NCBI GenBank assembly: GCA_023426345.1
Contig: JAFAAX010000006.1
Span: forward strand, 35,883-99,882
DNA length: 64,000 nt
Origin: Actinomycetes bacterium
GTDB taxonomy: Bacteria > Actinomycetota > Actinomycetes > Actinomycetales > Actinomycetaceae
Direction: 5' to 3'
The translations under genes were made by a program, and so were the position numbers. Below the pieces are notes generated by a model. That model saw nothing but the letters and a program-made list of their open reading frames with translations, was not told the origin of the DNA and searched no databases. Below, one piece after another: positions 17,403 to 27,664 of the stretch (its first letter is position 1; each line of letters opens with the position of its first letter).

Positions 17403-19358
17403 GTGAGCCTGCTGGCCAGGAAGGACCTCGACCAGATCGAGGAGGACTTCGAGGACGAGGACCGCTCGCTCAAGCGCGAGCTGGGCGTGTGGGACATCGC
17501 CGTCATGGGCGTGGCCGTGGCGGTGGGCGCGGGGATCTTCTCCGTCGGCGCGCAGGCCGCAGCCGACTACGCGGGGCCCGCCGTCATCGTGTCCTTCGTC
17601 ATCGCGGCGCTGATCTGCGGGTTGGCCGTGATGAACTACGCGGAGTTCTCCTCCTCCGTTCCGGTGTCGGGATCGGCCTACACCTTCAGCTACCTGTCCC
17701 TGGGCGAGCTGATCGCCTGGATCATCGGATGGGACCTCATCCTGGAGATGCTGATGGCGGCCTCCGTCATCGCCGGCTACTGGGGGATCTACCTCAGGGA
17801 CGTCTTCGGGTTCCTCCGCGTCGACCTGGCGACGACCTTCCAGGTCGGCGGCGTCACGGTGTCGTGGCCGCCGGTCATCGTCGTCGGGTTCTTCACGGTG
17901 CTGCTGGTGCTGGGGACGAAGCTCACCTCGCGGGTCAACAGCGCGCTGACGATCCTCAAGGTGACGGTCACCGTGTTCATCATCGTCGCAGGCGCCGCCT
18001 ACATCGACCTGTCGAACTACTCGCCGTTCCTGCCGCCCGCCGAGGCGGTGCCCGGTGGAGCCGGGTCCGTGATGACGCAGAGCCTCCTGTCCTTCCTGTC
18101 CGGGGCCGAGCCCACCCGCTACGGCGTCTACGGCCTGTTCGGCGCCTCGGCGCTGGTGTTCTTCGCCTTCATCGGCTTCGACGTCGTGGCCACCACCGCG
18201 GAGGAGGCGAAGGACCCCCAGCGCACCCTGCCGCGCGGGATCTTCGGCGGCCTGGCGCTGGTGTCCCTGCTCTACATCGCGGTGACGGTCGTCGTCACCG
18301 GCATGGTGTCCTACCGGGATCTGGCGGCGTCGGAGGATCCGTCCCTGGCCACCGCGTTCAGCCTGGTCGGCGCCCATTGGGCGGGCACCGCCATCACGAT
18401 CGGGATCCTCATCGGACTGACGACGGTCATCATGGTGCTGCTGCTGGGGCTGACGCGCGTCGTGTTCTCCATGAGCCGGGACGGGCTGCTGCCGCGCGGG
18501 ATCTCGAAGACCGGCGCCCACGGGACGCCGGCGCGCCTCCAGATCGCGGCGGGCGTGGTGGTGGCCGTCATCGCCGCCGTCGGGGACGTCGGCACGCTGT
18601 CCGAGATGATCAACATCGGCACGCTCAGCGCGTTCATCCTGGTGAGCTTCTCCGTGCCCGTGCTGCGGCGGCGCTACCCCGATCTGCCGCGCGGGTTCCG
18701 CGTGCCGCTGTCGCCCTGGCTGCCCATCCTGTCCGGGGTGCTGTGCCTCTGGCTGACGACGAATCTGGCCGTGGAGACCTGGTTGCGGTTCGTCGTCTGG
18801 CTGATGGTCGGGCTGGCGATCTACTTCGGATACTCCTATTCGCACTCGCGCGTCCAGCGCGAGGCGCATGAGCGCAACCCGTTGGCCGCTCTCGCGGTCG
18901 AGGCTCCCGGGGAGGGGGCGGCGGGCCCAGCGGCGCGGCCGGCCGCCCCGGGTCGGGCGGCTGCCCCGGGTCGGCCGGGCACCGCCGGTCCGATGCCGGC
19001 GTTCAGCGTCCCCGCGATCACACGCGCCGCCGAGGTCCTCATCGGCCTGGCCGTGCTGGCGATCGCCGTCGAGGCGGTGCTGCTGTTCTCCGGCGCGGTC
19101 GGAGCAGACGCGCTGCCGACGCCGGTCGTGTGGGCGCTGATCCTGGCCGCGGTGCCGGGCGTCGTCGTCGCTCACGCCGCGATGCGCCGCGCCGAGGCGA
19201 CCGAACGCGAATGGGATCTCGCCCCGGTCGAGCGCCGTCCCACCGGCGCGGCCATCGGGGCGGCGACCCGGCTGCCACTGCGCGCGCTGTCGGCGGGCTA
19301 CGCGACGATCGGCGCGGGCGTCGTCATCGGCATCGTCCACGTCGTCGAGCGCCTCTGA
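17403..19358 (+). CDS. APC-family amino acid permease with C-terminal hydrophobic extension
   Basis: GAGIF, YAEFSS.VP.SGSAYTF, FFAFIGFD, AEEAKDPQR, MSRDGLLP; RBS GGAGGAG. Confidence 0.9.
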   Translation: MSLLARKDLDQIEEDFEDEDRSLKRELGVWDIAVMGVAVAVGAGIFSVGAQAAADYAGPAVIVSFVIAALICGLAVMNYAEFSSSVPVSGSAYTFSYLSLGELIAWIIGWDLILEMLMAASVIAGYWGIYLRDVFGFLRVDLATTFQVGGVTVSWPPVIVVGFFTVLLVLGTKLTSRVNSALTILKVTVTVFIIVAGAAYIDLSNYSPFLPPAEAVPGGAGSVMTQSLLSFLSGAEPTRYGVYGLFGASALVFFAFIGFDVVATTAEEAKDPQRTLPRGIFGGLALVSLLYIAVTVVVTGMVSYRDLAASEDPSLATAFSLVGAHWAGTAITIGILIGLTTVIMVLLLGLTRVVFSMSRDGLLPRGISKTGAHGTPARLQIAAGVVVAVIAAVGDVGTLSEMINIGTLSAFILVSFSVPVLRRRYPDLPRGFRVPLSPWLPILSGVLCLWLTTNLAVETWLRFVVWLMVGLAIYFGYSYSHSRVQREAHERNPLAALAVEAPGEGAAGPAARPAAPGRAAAPGRPGTAGPMPAFSVPAITRAAEVLIGLAVLAIAVEAVLLFSGAVGADALPTPVVWALILAAVPGVVVAHAAMRRAEATEREWDLAPVERRPTGAAIGAATRLPLRALSAGYATIGAGVVIGIVHVVERL

Positions 19359-19377
19359 GCCGGCCTGGGGCCGACCC

Positions 19378-19538
19378 GGGGAAGGGATCTGCCCGGAGGG
19401 AAGCGAAGTCCCCATGAGGCAGCTCTACAGCGCTTCCCTGCGAGCAGTTCCCTTCCCCGAGGGCAGATCGCTTCCCCGCGGGTGGGTCCTCCTCGTGTCC
19501 GAGCGCCCGCACCGGCGGAGCCGGCGCCGCCCTCGTCA
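19378..19538. repeat. Palindromic intergenic element, copy 1 (paralog at 48666-48870)
   Basis: GGGGAAGGGATCTGCCC / GGGCAGATCGCTTCCCC internal inverted repeat; shares GCGCTTCCCTGCGAGCA and GGTCCTCCTCGTGTCCGAGCGCCCGC with copy 2. Confidence 0.8.
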
Positions 19539-20432
19539 GTCTGGAAGGGGAGCGCCCTCGTGCGAACCCGCCCGGGCAGAGGCGACCCGCACGACGGCCG
19601 CCATCCCTCCGTCGCCGAAGCTCGCCTCATCCAGGGGGATCGCCGGGTCCGCGAGCGCGGCGCGCTCCCAGTCGCGCAGGCGAGCGGTCGCGGCGGCGTC
19701 CTGGGCGGTGACGCGCGCGCGGACCTCGGCCGTGTACAGGTCGGGATGGCGATCCATGAGCGACGCCACGAGGTCCGCGCGGTGATCCATGCTGACCACG
19801 TTCGCCGAGTCCGGCGCGGTCCGGTACTCGATCAGCGGCTCCGGGAGCACGGCGAGGCGTCCGCCGCCCGACAGCACGGTGAGGAAGAAGTCCCAGTCCT
19901 CGAAGCCTGAGCGCATGTCCTCGGCGTATCCGCCGGTGCGCGCCCAGGCCTCCCGGCGCAGCGTGAGCGTCGCCGGGCAGGCATTGCGCGCGAGGAACGC
20001 GGACACGTCCCCTCCCGCGGGCGTGACCACGGCGTGCGCGACGCCGAACATCCTCATCGACGAGGACGCCCCCACCGCTGTCGGATCGGCGATCAGCGCA
20101 TGCACGGTCCGCCGGAGGAACTCGGGCGCCAGGCGGTCGTCCCCGTCCAGCACGGTGACGAACGCGCAGTCGCCGCAGGCGGCCAGGCCGCGGTTGCGCG
20201 CAGCGGAGACGCCGAGGTTCGGTTGGCGGATGACCTCGACCGGCGGCCGGCCCACGCCGGTGGGAGACGCGGCGAGCGTCTCGAGCACTTCCAACGAGCC
20301 GGGATCCGTCGAGCCGTCGTCCACCACGATCACGCGGTCCGGCCGCAACGTCTGGGCCAGGGCGGAGTCCACGGCCTCCTGCACCATCGCGCCCTGGTCG
20401 AAGGCGGTGATGACGATTCCGGTGCGCGGCAT
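19536..20432 (-). CDS. Glycosyltransferase family 2
   Basis: [32 protein letters not shown]. Confidence 0.9.
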   Translation of the reverse strand: MPRTGIVITAFDQGAMVQEAVDSALAQTLRPDRVIVVDDGSTDPGSLEVLETLAASPTGVGRPPVEVIRQPNLGVSAARNRGLAACGDCAFVTVLDGDDRLAPEFLRRTVHALIADPTAVGASSSMRMFGVAHAVVTPAGGDVSAFLARNACPATLTLRREAWARTGGYAEDMRSGFEDWDFFLTVLSGGGRLAVLPEPLIEYRTAPDSANVVSMDHRADLVASLMDRHPDLYTAEVRARVTAQDAAATARLRDWERAALADPAIPLDEASFGDGGMAAVVRVASARAGSHEGAPLPD

Positions 20433-20614
20433 GGGTCCAGCGTAGAGGCGCCGGGGAGGGGCGCAGGCTCGGGCGCTGGCGCCGCGTCCACGTCGCGACC
20501 CCGGCGGGCGGAGCCGGCGGGGCCCCGCCTAGGCTGGTCGCACTCCGCCGCACGAGGGCGGACCGCGTGTCGCCCTCGTCAGGCGTGGAGGCGGCAACAA
20601 CCAGGGAGGACCAC

Positions 20615-22501
20615 ATGAGCCGGCAACTGCGTTCGGCGACCTCGACCATGGGTCGCCACATGGCCGGTGCGCGCGCGCTGTGGCGTGCGACCGGGATGGG
20701 GGACGACGATTTCGGCAAGCCGATCATCGCCGTCGTCAACTCGTTCACGGAGTTCGTCCCCGGCCACGTCCACCTGCGCGATGTCGGAAAGCTGGTGGCC
20801 GACGCCATCAAGGACGCCGGCGGGGTCGCCAAAGAGTTCAACACGATCGCCGTCGACGACGGCATCGCGATGGGCCACGGCGGCATGCTGTACTCCCTGC
20901 CCAGCCGCGAGGTCATCGCGGACTCCGTGGAGTACATGGTCAACGCCCACTGCGCCGACGCCATGGTGTGCATCTCGAACTGCGACAAGATCACGCCGGG
21001 CATGCTCATCGCGGCGATGCGCCTCAACATCCCCGTCGTGTTCGTCTCCGGTGGGCCGATGGAGGCCGGCAAGAACATCCCCGCGGAGGACATCGTCGGG
21101 CCCTCGACGATGGGCCATGGCAACCTCATCACCGTGATGAACGCGACGGCCAACGACGACATCTCCGACGACGAGCTGCTGCGCATGGAGCGGCTGGCGT
21201 GCCCGACGTGCGGGTCGTGCTCCGGGATGTTCACCGCGAATTCGATGAACTCGCTCACCGAGGCCCTGGGGCTGGCGCTGCCGGGCAACGGCTCGACGCT
21301 GGCCACCCAGGTGGCGCGCCGGGACCTGTTCGTCCGCGCCGGGCAGACCATCGTCGAGCTGTGCCGGCGCTACTACGGCGAGGAGGACGACTCCGTGGCG
21401 CCGCGCGCCATCGCCACGAAGGACGCCTTCTGGAACGCGATGACGATGGACATGGCGATGGGCGGATCGTCGAACACGGTCCTCCACCTGCTGGCCGCCG
21501 CGCACGAGGGCGGCGTGGACTTCGACCTCGATGACATCGCGGAGCTCGGGCGCACCGTCCCCTGCCTGGCCAAGGTCGCCCCGAACCACAACGACTACCA
21601 CATGGAGGACGTCCACCGGGCCGGTGGCATCCCCGCCATCCTGGGCGAGCTCGATCGCGGCGGGTTCCTCCGCCACACGGTGCATGCGGTGCATGCGCCG
21701 GACCTGGACCACTGGCTGGCCGACTGGGACATCCGCGGCGGGCATGCCACCGCGGTCGCCGACAAGCTGTGGCACGCGGCCCCCGGCAATGTGCGCACGA
21801 CGGAGGCGTTCTCCACGGACAACCAGTGGAAGACGTTGGATACCGATCCCGTCAACGGCTGCATCCACGACGTCGAGCACGCCTACACGGCCAACGGCGG
21901 CCTCACGGTCCTGTCCGGCAACCTCGCGCCCGAGGGCGCCATCATCAAGGCGGCCGGCATCGACCCCGACCTGTTCCATTTCGAGGGCACGGCCCTGGTG
22001 TGCGAATCCCAGGACGAGGCCGTGCAGAGGATCCTCGACAAGACCGTCCAGCCCGGTCAGGTCGTCGTCATCCGGTACGAGGGGCCCTCCGGCGGCCCCG
22101 GCATGCAGGAGATGCTCTACCCGACGTCCTTCCTCAAGGGCCGCGGACTGGGCAAGGCGTGCGCGCTCATCACCGACGGCCGCTTCTCGGGCGGCACCTC
22201 CGGCGTGTCGGTCGGCCACATCTCGCCCGAGGCCGCCGCCGGCGGGTTGATCGGCCTCATCGAGGACGGGGACCGCATCGTCATCGATGTCACCGAGGGA
22301 CGGCTGGAGCTGGAGGTCCCCGAGGACGAGCTGGCGCGTCGCCGCGCCGCCCAGGAGGCCCGGGACGAGCCCTGGACGCCCGTCTCCCGCGACCGCGTCG
22401 TCTCTCCGGCGCTGCAGCTCTACGCGGCGACCGCGCTGTCCGCCTCACAGGGCGCCGCGCGCGACGTCACGAAGGTGACGGGCCCGCGCCACCGCCATTG
22501 A
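20615..22501 (+). CDS. ilvD: Dihydroxy-acid dehydratase
   Basis: [54 protein letters not shown]. Confidence 0.97.
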   Translation: MSRQLRSATSTMGRHMAGARALWRATGMGDDDFGKPIIAVVNSFTEFVPGHVHLRDVGKLVADAIKDAGGVAKEFNTIAVDDGIAMGHGGMLYSLPSREVIADSVEYMVNAHCADAMVCISNCDKITPGMLIAAMRLNIPVVFVSGGPMEAGKNIPAEDIVGPSTMGHGNLITVMNATANDDISDDELLRMERLACPTCGSCSGMFTANSMNSLTEALGLALPGNGSTLATQVARRDLFVRAGQTIVELCRRYYGEEDDSVAPRAIATKDAFWNAMTMDMAMGGSSNTVLHLLAAAHEGGVDFDLDDIAELGRTVPCLAKVAPNHNDYHMEDVHRAGGIPAILGELDRGGFLRHTVHAVHAPDLDHWLADWDIRGGHATAVADKLWHAAPGNVRTTEAFSTDNQWKTLDTDPVNGCIHDVEHAYTANGGLTVLSGNLAPEGAIIKAAGIDPDLFHFEGTALVCESQDEAVQRILDKTVQPGQVVVIRYEGPSGGPGMQEMLYPTSFLKGRGLGKACALITDGRFSGGTSGVSVGHISPEAAAGGLIGLIEDGDRIVIDVTEGRLELEVPEDELARRRAAQEARDEPWTPVSRDRVVSPALQLYAATALSASQGAARDVTKVTGPRHRH

Positions 22502-22582
22502 CGAGGGCGACCCGCGTGGCCAGGTTCGGTGTGAACCCGGCCGCGCGGGCGCCCCGGCGGAGCCGGGGCCGTCCTCGTCCAT
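22496..22582. repeat. ~87-bp element bounded by inverted GACGAGGRCG motifs
   Basis: CATTGACGAGGGCG ... CGTCCTCGTCCAT; contains the ilvD stop; 22500-22521 recurs exactly, inverted, at 60082-60103. Confidence 0.8.
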
Positions 22583-22679
22583 CGACAAGAAGATCGGGGA
22601 AGATCCGCGGCCAGCCGGCGGCGCGCCACATCCCGGGCGAGCGCACCCGACGCGACGCGGACGCGCGACACTGTCCCGC

Positions 22680-24407
22680 ATGACACACGTGGCCCTGTAC
22701 GACACGACCCTGCGCGACGGCGCCCAGCAGGAGGGGATCAGCCTGTCGGTCGCCGACAAGCTGGCGGCGATGCGGATCCTGGACGGACTGGGCGTCGATG
22801 TCATCGAGGGCGGGTGGCCGGGCGCGATCCCCAAGGACACCGAGTTCTTCGCGGCGGCGCGCGAGGCGATCCTCGCCGAGCCGCTGGTCCACGCGCGCCT
22901 GGCGGCCTTCGGCGCCACAACGCACGCGGGAGCCGCGCCCGGGGACGATCCCCAGGTCCTGGCGCTGCGCGACTCGGGCGCCCCGATCATCACGCTCGTC
23001 GCGAAGTCGGACCCCCGCCACGTCGAGCAGGCGCTGCGCACGACGCGGGAGGAGAACCTCCGCATGGTCGCCGACACGGTCGCCTGGCTATCGACGCCCG
23101 GCAACGGGGGCGCCGGCGGCGAGGGGGCGGAGGTCATGGTCGACCTCGAGCACTACTTCGACGGTCTCACCGCGGATCCCGACTACGGCCTGGAGGTCCT
23201 GCTGGCGGCCGCCCGCGCAGGGGCGGTGGCGGTCATCCCCTGCGACACGAACGGCGGGAACCTGCCCGGCGGGATCGCACGCGAGGTGGCGCGCGCCCGG
23301 GCCGCGCTGGACGACGCCGGGTTCGCCCACGTGGTCGTCGGGATCCACACCCACAACGACACGGGCTGCGCGGTGGCGAACGCGCTGGCGGCCGTGGAGG
23401 CCGGTGCCCGCCAGGTCCAGGGCACGGTCAACGGGTACGGGGAGCGCACCGGCAACGCGAACCTCCTGACGTGCCTGGCGAACCTGCAGCTCAAGATGGG
23501 GTACCAGGCGGTCGCCGAGGAGAGCCTGGCCCGGCTCGGCGAGGTCTCCCGGCAGATGTCCGAACTCACCAACATCGTCCCCTTCACGCGCGAGCCCTAC
23601 ACGGGGGCCTCGGCGTTCGCTCACAAGGCAGGTCTGCACGCTTCCGCGATCCGCGTCAACGCCGACCTCTACCAGCACATCACGCCGGAGACCGTCGGAA
23701 ACGGGATGCGGATGCTGGTCTCGGAGATGGCGGGACGCTCGTCCATCGAGCTCAAGGCCCGCGAGCTGGGCGTCGACCTGTCCGGCCGGCCCGGCGTCGC
23801 CCAGGAGGTCGCGCGCGTCGTCAAGGAGCGCGAGGCCCAGGGATACACGTACGACGCCGCCGACGCCTCCTTCGAGCTGCTCCTGCGCGACCAGCTGGGG
23901 ATGCTCCCGCGTTTCGCCCGGGTGGAGTCGTGGAAGGTGACGTCGGGGGAGCGCTTCGACCTTCCGGGGCTCGTCGCGCCGTCCGGGGCGGGCCGGGTCC
24001 AGGGAGCCGGCGGCCAGGCGGGCGGGTCCGTCATCGACGAGGGCGTCCCCTCCTTCGCCGAGTCCGAGGCCACCGTCAAGGTGCGCACCGGTCACCGCCA
24101 CATCCGCACCGCCGAGGGCAACGGCCCGCTCAACGCCCTGGACCGGGCGCTGCGGGCGGCGCTCGCCCGGGACTACCCGGAGGTCGCGGCCACGCGGCTC
24201 ACCGATTTCCGGGTGCGGATCCTCGATGCGCAGCATGCCGGTACCGACGCGGTCATCCGGGTCCTCATCACGCTGACCGACGGCACGCGGACCTGGTCGA
24301 CGGTCGGCGTGGGCACCGACGTCATCGAGGCGTCCTGGGAGGCCCTGTTCGACGGGTACTGGTGGGGCATGGTCGCCTCAGGCGTGGAGTCACTGTTGGA
24401 GGCCTGA
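22680..24407 (+). CDS. cimA: Citramalate synthase (LeuA/CimA family)
   Basis: YDTTLRDGAQQEG, IEGGWPG, HTHNDTG, GYGERTGNA, AHKAGLHASA, EGNGPLNALD. Confidence 0.9.
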   Translation: MTHVALYDTTLRDGAQQEGISLSVADKLAAMRILDGLGVDVIEGGWPGAIPKDTEFFAAAREAILAEPLVHARLAAFGATTHAGAAPGDDPQVLALRDSGAPIITLVAKSDPRHVEQALRTTREENLRMVADTVAWLSTPGNGGAGGEGAEVMVDLEHYFDGLTADPDYGLEVLLAAARAGAVAVIPCDTNGGNLPGGIAREVARARAALDDAGFAHVVVGIHTHNDTGCAVANALAAVEAGARQVQGTVNGYGERTGNANLLTCLANLQLKMGYQAVAEESLARLGEVSRQMSELTNIVPFTREPYTGASAFAHKAGLHASAIRVNADLYQHITPETVGNGMRMLVSEMAGRSSIELKARELGVDLSGRPGVAQEVARVVKEREAQGYTYDAADASFELLLRDQLGMLPRFARVESWKVTSGERFDLPGLVAPSGAGRVQGAGGQAGGSVIDEGVPSFAESEATVKVRTGHRHIRTAEGNGPLNALDRALRAALARDYPEVAATRLTDFRVRILDAQHAGTDAVIRVLITLTDGTRTWSTVGVGTDVIEASWEALFDGYWWGMVASGVESLLEA

Positions 24408-24616
24408 CCGCGCCTTCCCCGCCCTTCGACGCCCGCCATCTCGGGGAGGGGGCGGCGCAGTTGCCGCTGGGGGATGACCCCTCCCGGGCGGACGCTGCCG
24501 CGCCGACGGACCGTCGGCGCGCCTCGCGTCGACGTGATCCGTCCCACGTCCGACTCGGGAGTCTGACCGACGCTCCGGTCTGCACAGGGCGGCCCCGAGG
24601 CGCGAGAATGGAGCCC

Positions 24617-25666
24617 ATGCACGGTGAGTACAAGGTCCCTGGTGGCAAGCTGGTCGTCGTCGATGTCGAGGAGAAGGACGGGGCCCTGCACGACCTGCGC
24701 GTCGCGGGCGACTTCTTCCTGGAGCCCGACGAGGCCCTGGAGCGCATCACGGCGGCGATCGACGGGGCGCCCACCGACATCTCCGCGGCGGAGATCGCGG
24801 ACCGCATCCGCTCGGCCGTCCTGCCCACCGACACGCTGTTCGGTCTGACTCCGGAGGGCGTCGGCGTCGCGGTGCGCCGTGCGCTCGGGCAGGCCCTGAG
24901 CTGGGAGGACATCGACTTCGACGTCATCCACGGCCCCGTGGTCGACCCGATGATGAACGTCGCGATGGACGAGACCCTGGTGGAGGAGGTCGCCGCTGGA
25001 CGCCGCAAGCCGTTCATGCGCCTGTGGGAGTGGAACGCCCCGCAGGTCGTCATCGGCTCCTTCCAGTCCTACGACAACGAGATCAACCAGGAGGGCGTCG
25101 ACCGTTATGGCATCACGGTCTCCCGGCGGGTCACCGGCGGCGGCGCGATGTTCATGGAGCCCGGCAACTGCGTGACGTACTCGCTGGTCATCCCGCAGGC
25201 CCTGGTCGACGGCCTGAGCTTCGAGCAGTCCTACCCGTTCCTCGACCAGTGGACGATGGAGGCCCTGGAGAAGGTCGGCGTCAAAGCGCGTTACGTCCCC
25301 CTCAACGACATCGCCTCCGAGGCGGGCAAGATCGGCGGCGCCGCGCAGAAGCGCTTCGCCAACGGGTACATGGTCCACCACGTCACGATGTCCTACGACA
25401 TCGACGCCGCGAAGATGATGGAGGTCCTGCGCATCGGGAAGGAGAAGGTCCGCGACAAGGGGACGCGCTCGGCCATCAAGCGGGTCGATCCGATGCGCTC
25501 GCAGACCGGCATGGAGCGCGAGGCCATCCTCGACGCCTTCTACGATCATTTCAAGGAGAAGTACGGGGCCACCGACGGCGAGATCACCGCGCGCGACCTC
25601 GAGGTCGCGCGCGACCGCTGTGTGACGAAGTTCTCCACCGACGCCTGGACGCACCGCCTCCCCTGA
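24617..25666 (+). CDS. lplA: Lipoate-protein ligase, circularly permuted actinobacterial type
   Basis: N-terminal HGEYKVPGGKLV..GDFFLEP accessory domain, then RRVTGGGAMF, LNDI, KIGGAAQ. Confidence 0.85.
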   Translation: MHGEYKVPGGKLVVVDVEEKDGALHDLRVAGDFFLEPDEALERITAAIDGAPTDISAAEIADRIRSAVLPTDTLFGLTPEGVGVAVRRALGQALSWEDIDFDVIHGPVVDPMMNVAMDETLVEEVAAGRRKPFMRLWEWNAPQVVIGSFQSYDNEINQEGVDRYGITVSRRVTGGGAMFMEPGNCVTYSLVIPQALVDGLSFEQSYPFLDQWTMEALEKVGVKARYVPLNDIASEAGKIGGAAQKRFANGYMVHHVTMSYDIDAAKMMEVLRIGKEKVRDKGTRSAIKRVDPMRSQTGMEREAILDAFYDHFKEKYGATDGEITARDLEVARDRCVTKFSTDAWTHRLP

Positions 25667-25793
25667 TCCGGGGTCTCGACGCGTCATGCGCCGCCGAAAC
25701 CCCTCTTCAGACCCGTCGACGAGGGCGACCCGCGCTCGCGCGGATTCGCGGCAGAGGGCACGGCGGTTTCTGTGGGGGCCGGCCGGCCGCTCA

Positions 25794-25846
25794 ACCGAAC
25801 TCGCGGCCGAACAGGACCGAACTCGCGGCCGAACAGGACCGAAGTC
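25794..25846 (+). repeat. 22-bp tandem array (ACCGAACTCGCGGCCGAACAGG) x2.4
   Basis: ACCGAA at 25794, 25816, 25838. Confidence 0.85.
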
Positions 25847-25879
25847 GGCGGATGTGGCGGCTTCCGTGAGAGGCGGGGG

Positions 25880-26593
25880 TCAGGCGATCGGTGGCCGGGG
25901 GCCGAAGACGTCGGTGCCGACGCGCACCAGCGTGGCCCCCTCGGCGATGGCCCACTCGAGGTCGGCGGACATCCCCATGGACAGGGCCAGATCGGACTCG
26001 GGGACCGCGAGCCTCTCGGAGGAGCGGTCCCGGATCGCTCGCAGCAGCGCGTAGGAGCGGCGCACGGCGCCCTCGTCGTCGGCGTTGAGGCCGACGGTCA
26101 TGAACCCCTCGAGCCGCAGGCTCGGGCACAGCTCGACGGCCTCCACCAGGCAGGGCGCGTCCTGGGGCGAGCAGCCGTGCTTGGAGGGCTCGCCCGACGT
26201 GTTGACCTGGACGTAGACGGGCACCTTCATCCCGGCGCGCTGGGCCCGCAGGCCCAGCGCATCCACCAGAGCGGGACTGCCGACGGTCTCGACCAGGTCG
26301 GCGCAGGCCAGGGCGTGGTTGATCTTGTTGGTCTGGAGCGGGCCGATGAGGTGGATGCGGGCGCCCGGCACGTGGCGGATGGCCTCCTCGGTGGCCTGCG
26401 CCTCCTGCACGCGGTTGTGCCCGAGGATCACGGGAAGACCGCGATCGGCCAGCGCCTGAGCGGCCTCCTGGCAGACGGGCGCCGTCCGGGTCTTGACGGC
26501 CAGCTCCAGAGTGACCTCATCGGATCTGCCGCACCGGGCGCGGGCCGCGTCGATGCGGTCGCGGACGCGATCGATTCTTTGCTCAACGGTCAC
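25880..26593 (-). CDS. yggS: YggS-family PLP homeostasis protein
   Basis: LAVKT, GHNRVQE, HLIGPLQTNK, QVNTSGE.SK.G, LSMGMS.D, GATLVRVGT; GTG start inferred. Confidence 0.9.
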   Translation of the reverse strand: MTVEQRIDRVRDRIDAARARCGRSDEVTLELAVKTRTAPVCQEAAQALADRGLPVILGHNRVQEAQATEEAIRHVPGARIHLIGPLQTNKINHALACADLVETVGSPALVDALGLRAQRAGMKVPVYVQVNTSGEPSKHGCSPQDAPCLVEAVELCPSLRLEGFMTVGLNADDEGAVRRSYALLRAIRDRSSERLAVPESDLALSMGMSADLEWAIAEGATLVRVGTDVFGPRPPIA

Positions 26594-26682
26594 CTGCCGA
26601 TGGTACGCGGATCGGGGCGGCCCGCGCACGTTCCTGGTCGCATGACACAATGGCTGGCACACTCGTTCACCGGAGGCTCCCG

Positions 26683-27072
26683 ATGCGCACTCTGCTCAAC
26701 ATCATCTGGTTCGTGCTGGCGGGATGGGAACTCTGCCTCGCATACTTGCTCTTCGGCGCCCTGGCCTGCGTGTTCGTCGTGACGATCCCGGCCGGTGTCG
26801 CGTGCTTCCGGATCGCCGGATATGTCATCTGGCCCTTCGGGCGAGAGGTGGTCGACAAGCCCGGCGCCGGCGGAGGATCCGCGGTGATGAACGTCGTCTG
26901 GTTCCTGGTCGCCGGGCTGTGGCTGTCCCTCGCCCACGTCACCACCGCGATCGCCCAGGCGGTGACGATCGTCGGGATCCCGGTGGCCATCGCCAACATC
27001 AAGCTCATCCCGGTCACCTGCTTCCCGTTCGGCAAACAGGTGGTCAGCAATCCCCGCGCGAGCATCCTGTGA
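26683..27072 (+). CDS. YccF-domain membrane protein
   Basis: LNIIWFVLAGW, IWPFGR, TIVGIP, PFGK duplicated half-domains. Confidence 0.85.
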   Translation: MRTLLNIIWFVLAGWELCLAYLLFGALACVFVVTIPAGVACFRIAGYVIWPFGREVVDKPGAGGGSAVMNVVWFLVAGLWLSLAHVTTAIAQAVTIVGIPVAIANIKLIPVTCFPFGKQVVSNPRASIL

Positions 27073-27581
27073 GCAGGAAGCGGGACGCTTCGGGACCCAC
27101 CCGCGCCACCCAGGCGCTGGAGGCCGCCGGGGCGCCCTACCGGCTGGTGGAGTACCACCACGATCCGCGCGCCCGGTCGTTCGGCGTGGAGTCCGCGGCA
27201 CGGCTCGGGGGAGACCCGGGGCGCATCTTCAAGACGCTGCTGGTGCGGTGCGAGGGCGGGGCCGGCGGCGAGGAGTATGTCGTCGCCGTGGTCCCCGTCG
27301 ACCACCACCTGTCGATGAAGGCGATCGCCCGCGCCGCGGGCCACAAGACCGCGGAGATGGCCGATCCCGCCGTCGCGCAGCGTCGGACCGGCTACGTCGT
27401 CGGCGGGATCTCGCCCCTCGGGCAGACCACGCGCCACCGGACCTTCCTCGACGAGTCGGCGCTCGATCACGAGACGATGCTCGTCTCGGGCGGCCGGCGC
27501 GGCATGTCGGTGGAGGTCTCCCCGTTGGACCTCGCCGGGATCCTGGGCGCCGAGACCGCCGACCTCCGGGCGCTCGACTGA
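27069..27581 (+). CDS. ybaK: Cys-tRNA(Pro) deacylase
   Basis: IFKTL, TGYVVGGISPLGQ, VSGGRRG; GTGA overlap with upstream gene. Confidence 0.9.
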   Translation: MSRKRDASGPTRATQALEAAGAPYRLVEYHHDPRARSFGVESAARLGGDPGRIFKTLLVRCEGGAGGEEYVVAVVPVDHHLSMKAIARAAGHKTAEMADPAVAQRRTGYVVGGISPLGQTTRHRTFLDESALDHETMLVSGGRRGMSVEVSPLDLAGILGAETADLRALD

Positions 27582-27664
27582 ACCGGTCTCGGGCGCAGGG
27601 GTGGACCGGCTTCGGCGGTGCTGGTGCGATGAGCGCGCAGGGGCGTCGGCGTCGTCCTGGTCGT

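Noticed and set aside
20433..20614. Attenuator leader peptide before ilvD
   Set aside because: There is no short Leu/Ile/Val-rich ORF, and the hairpin present belongs to the dispersed repeat family.
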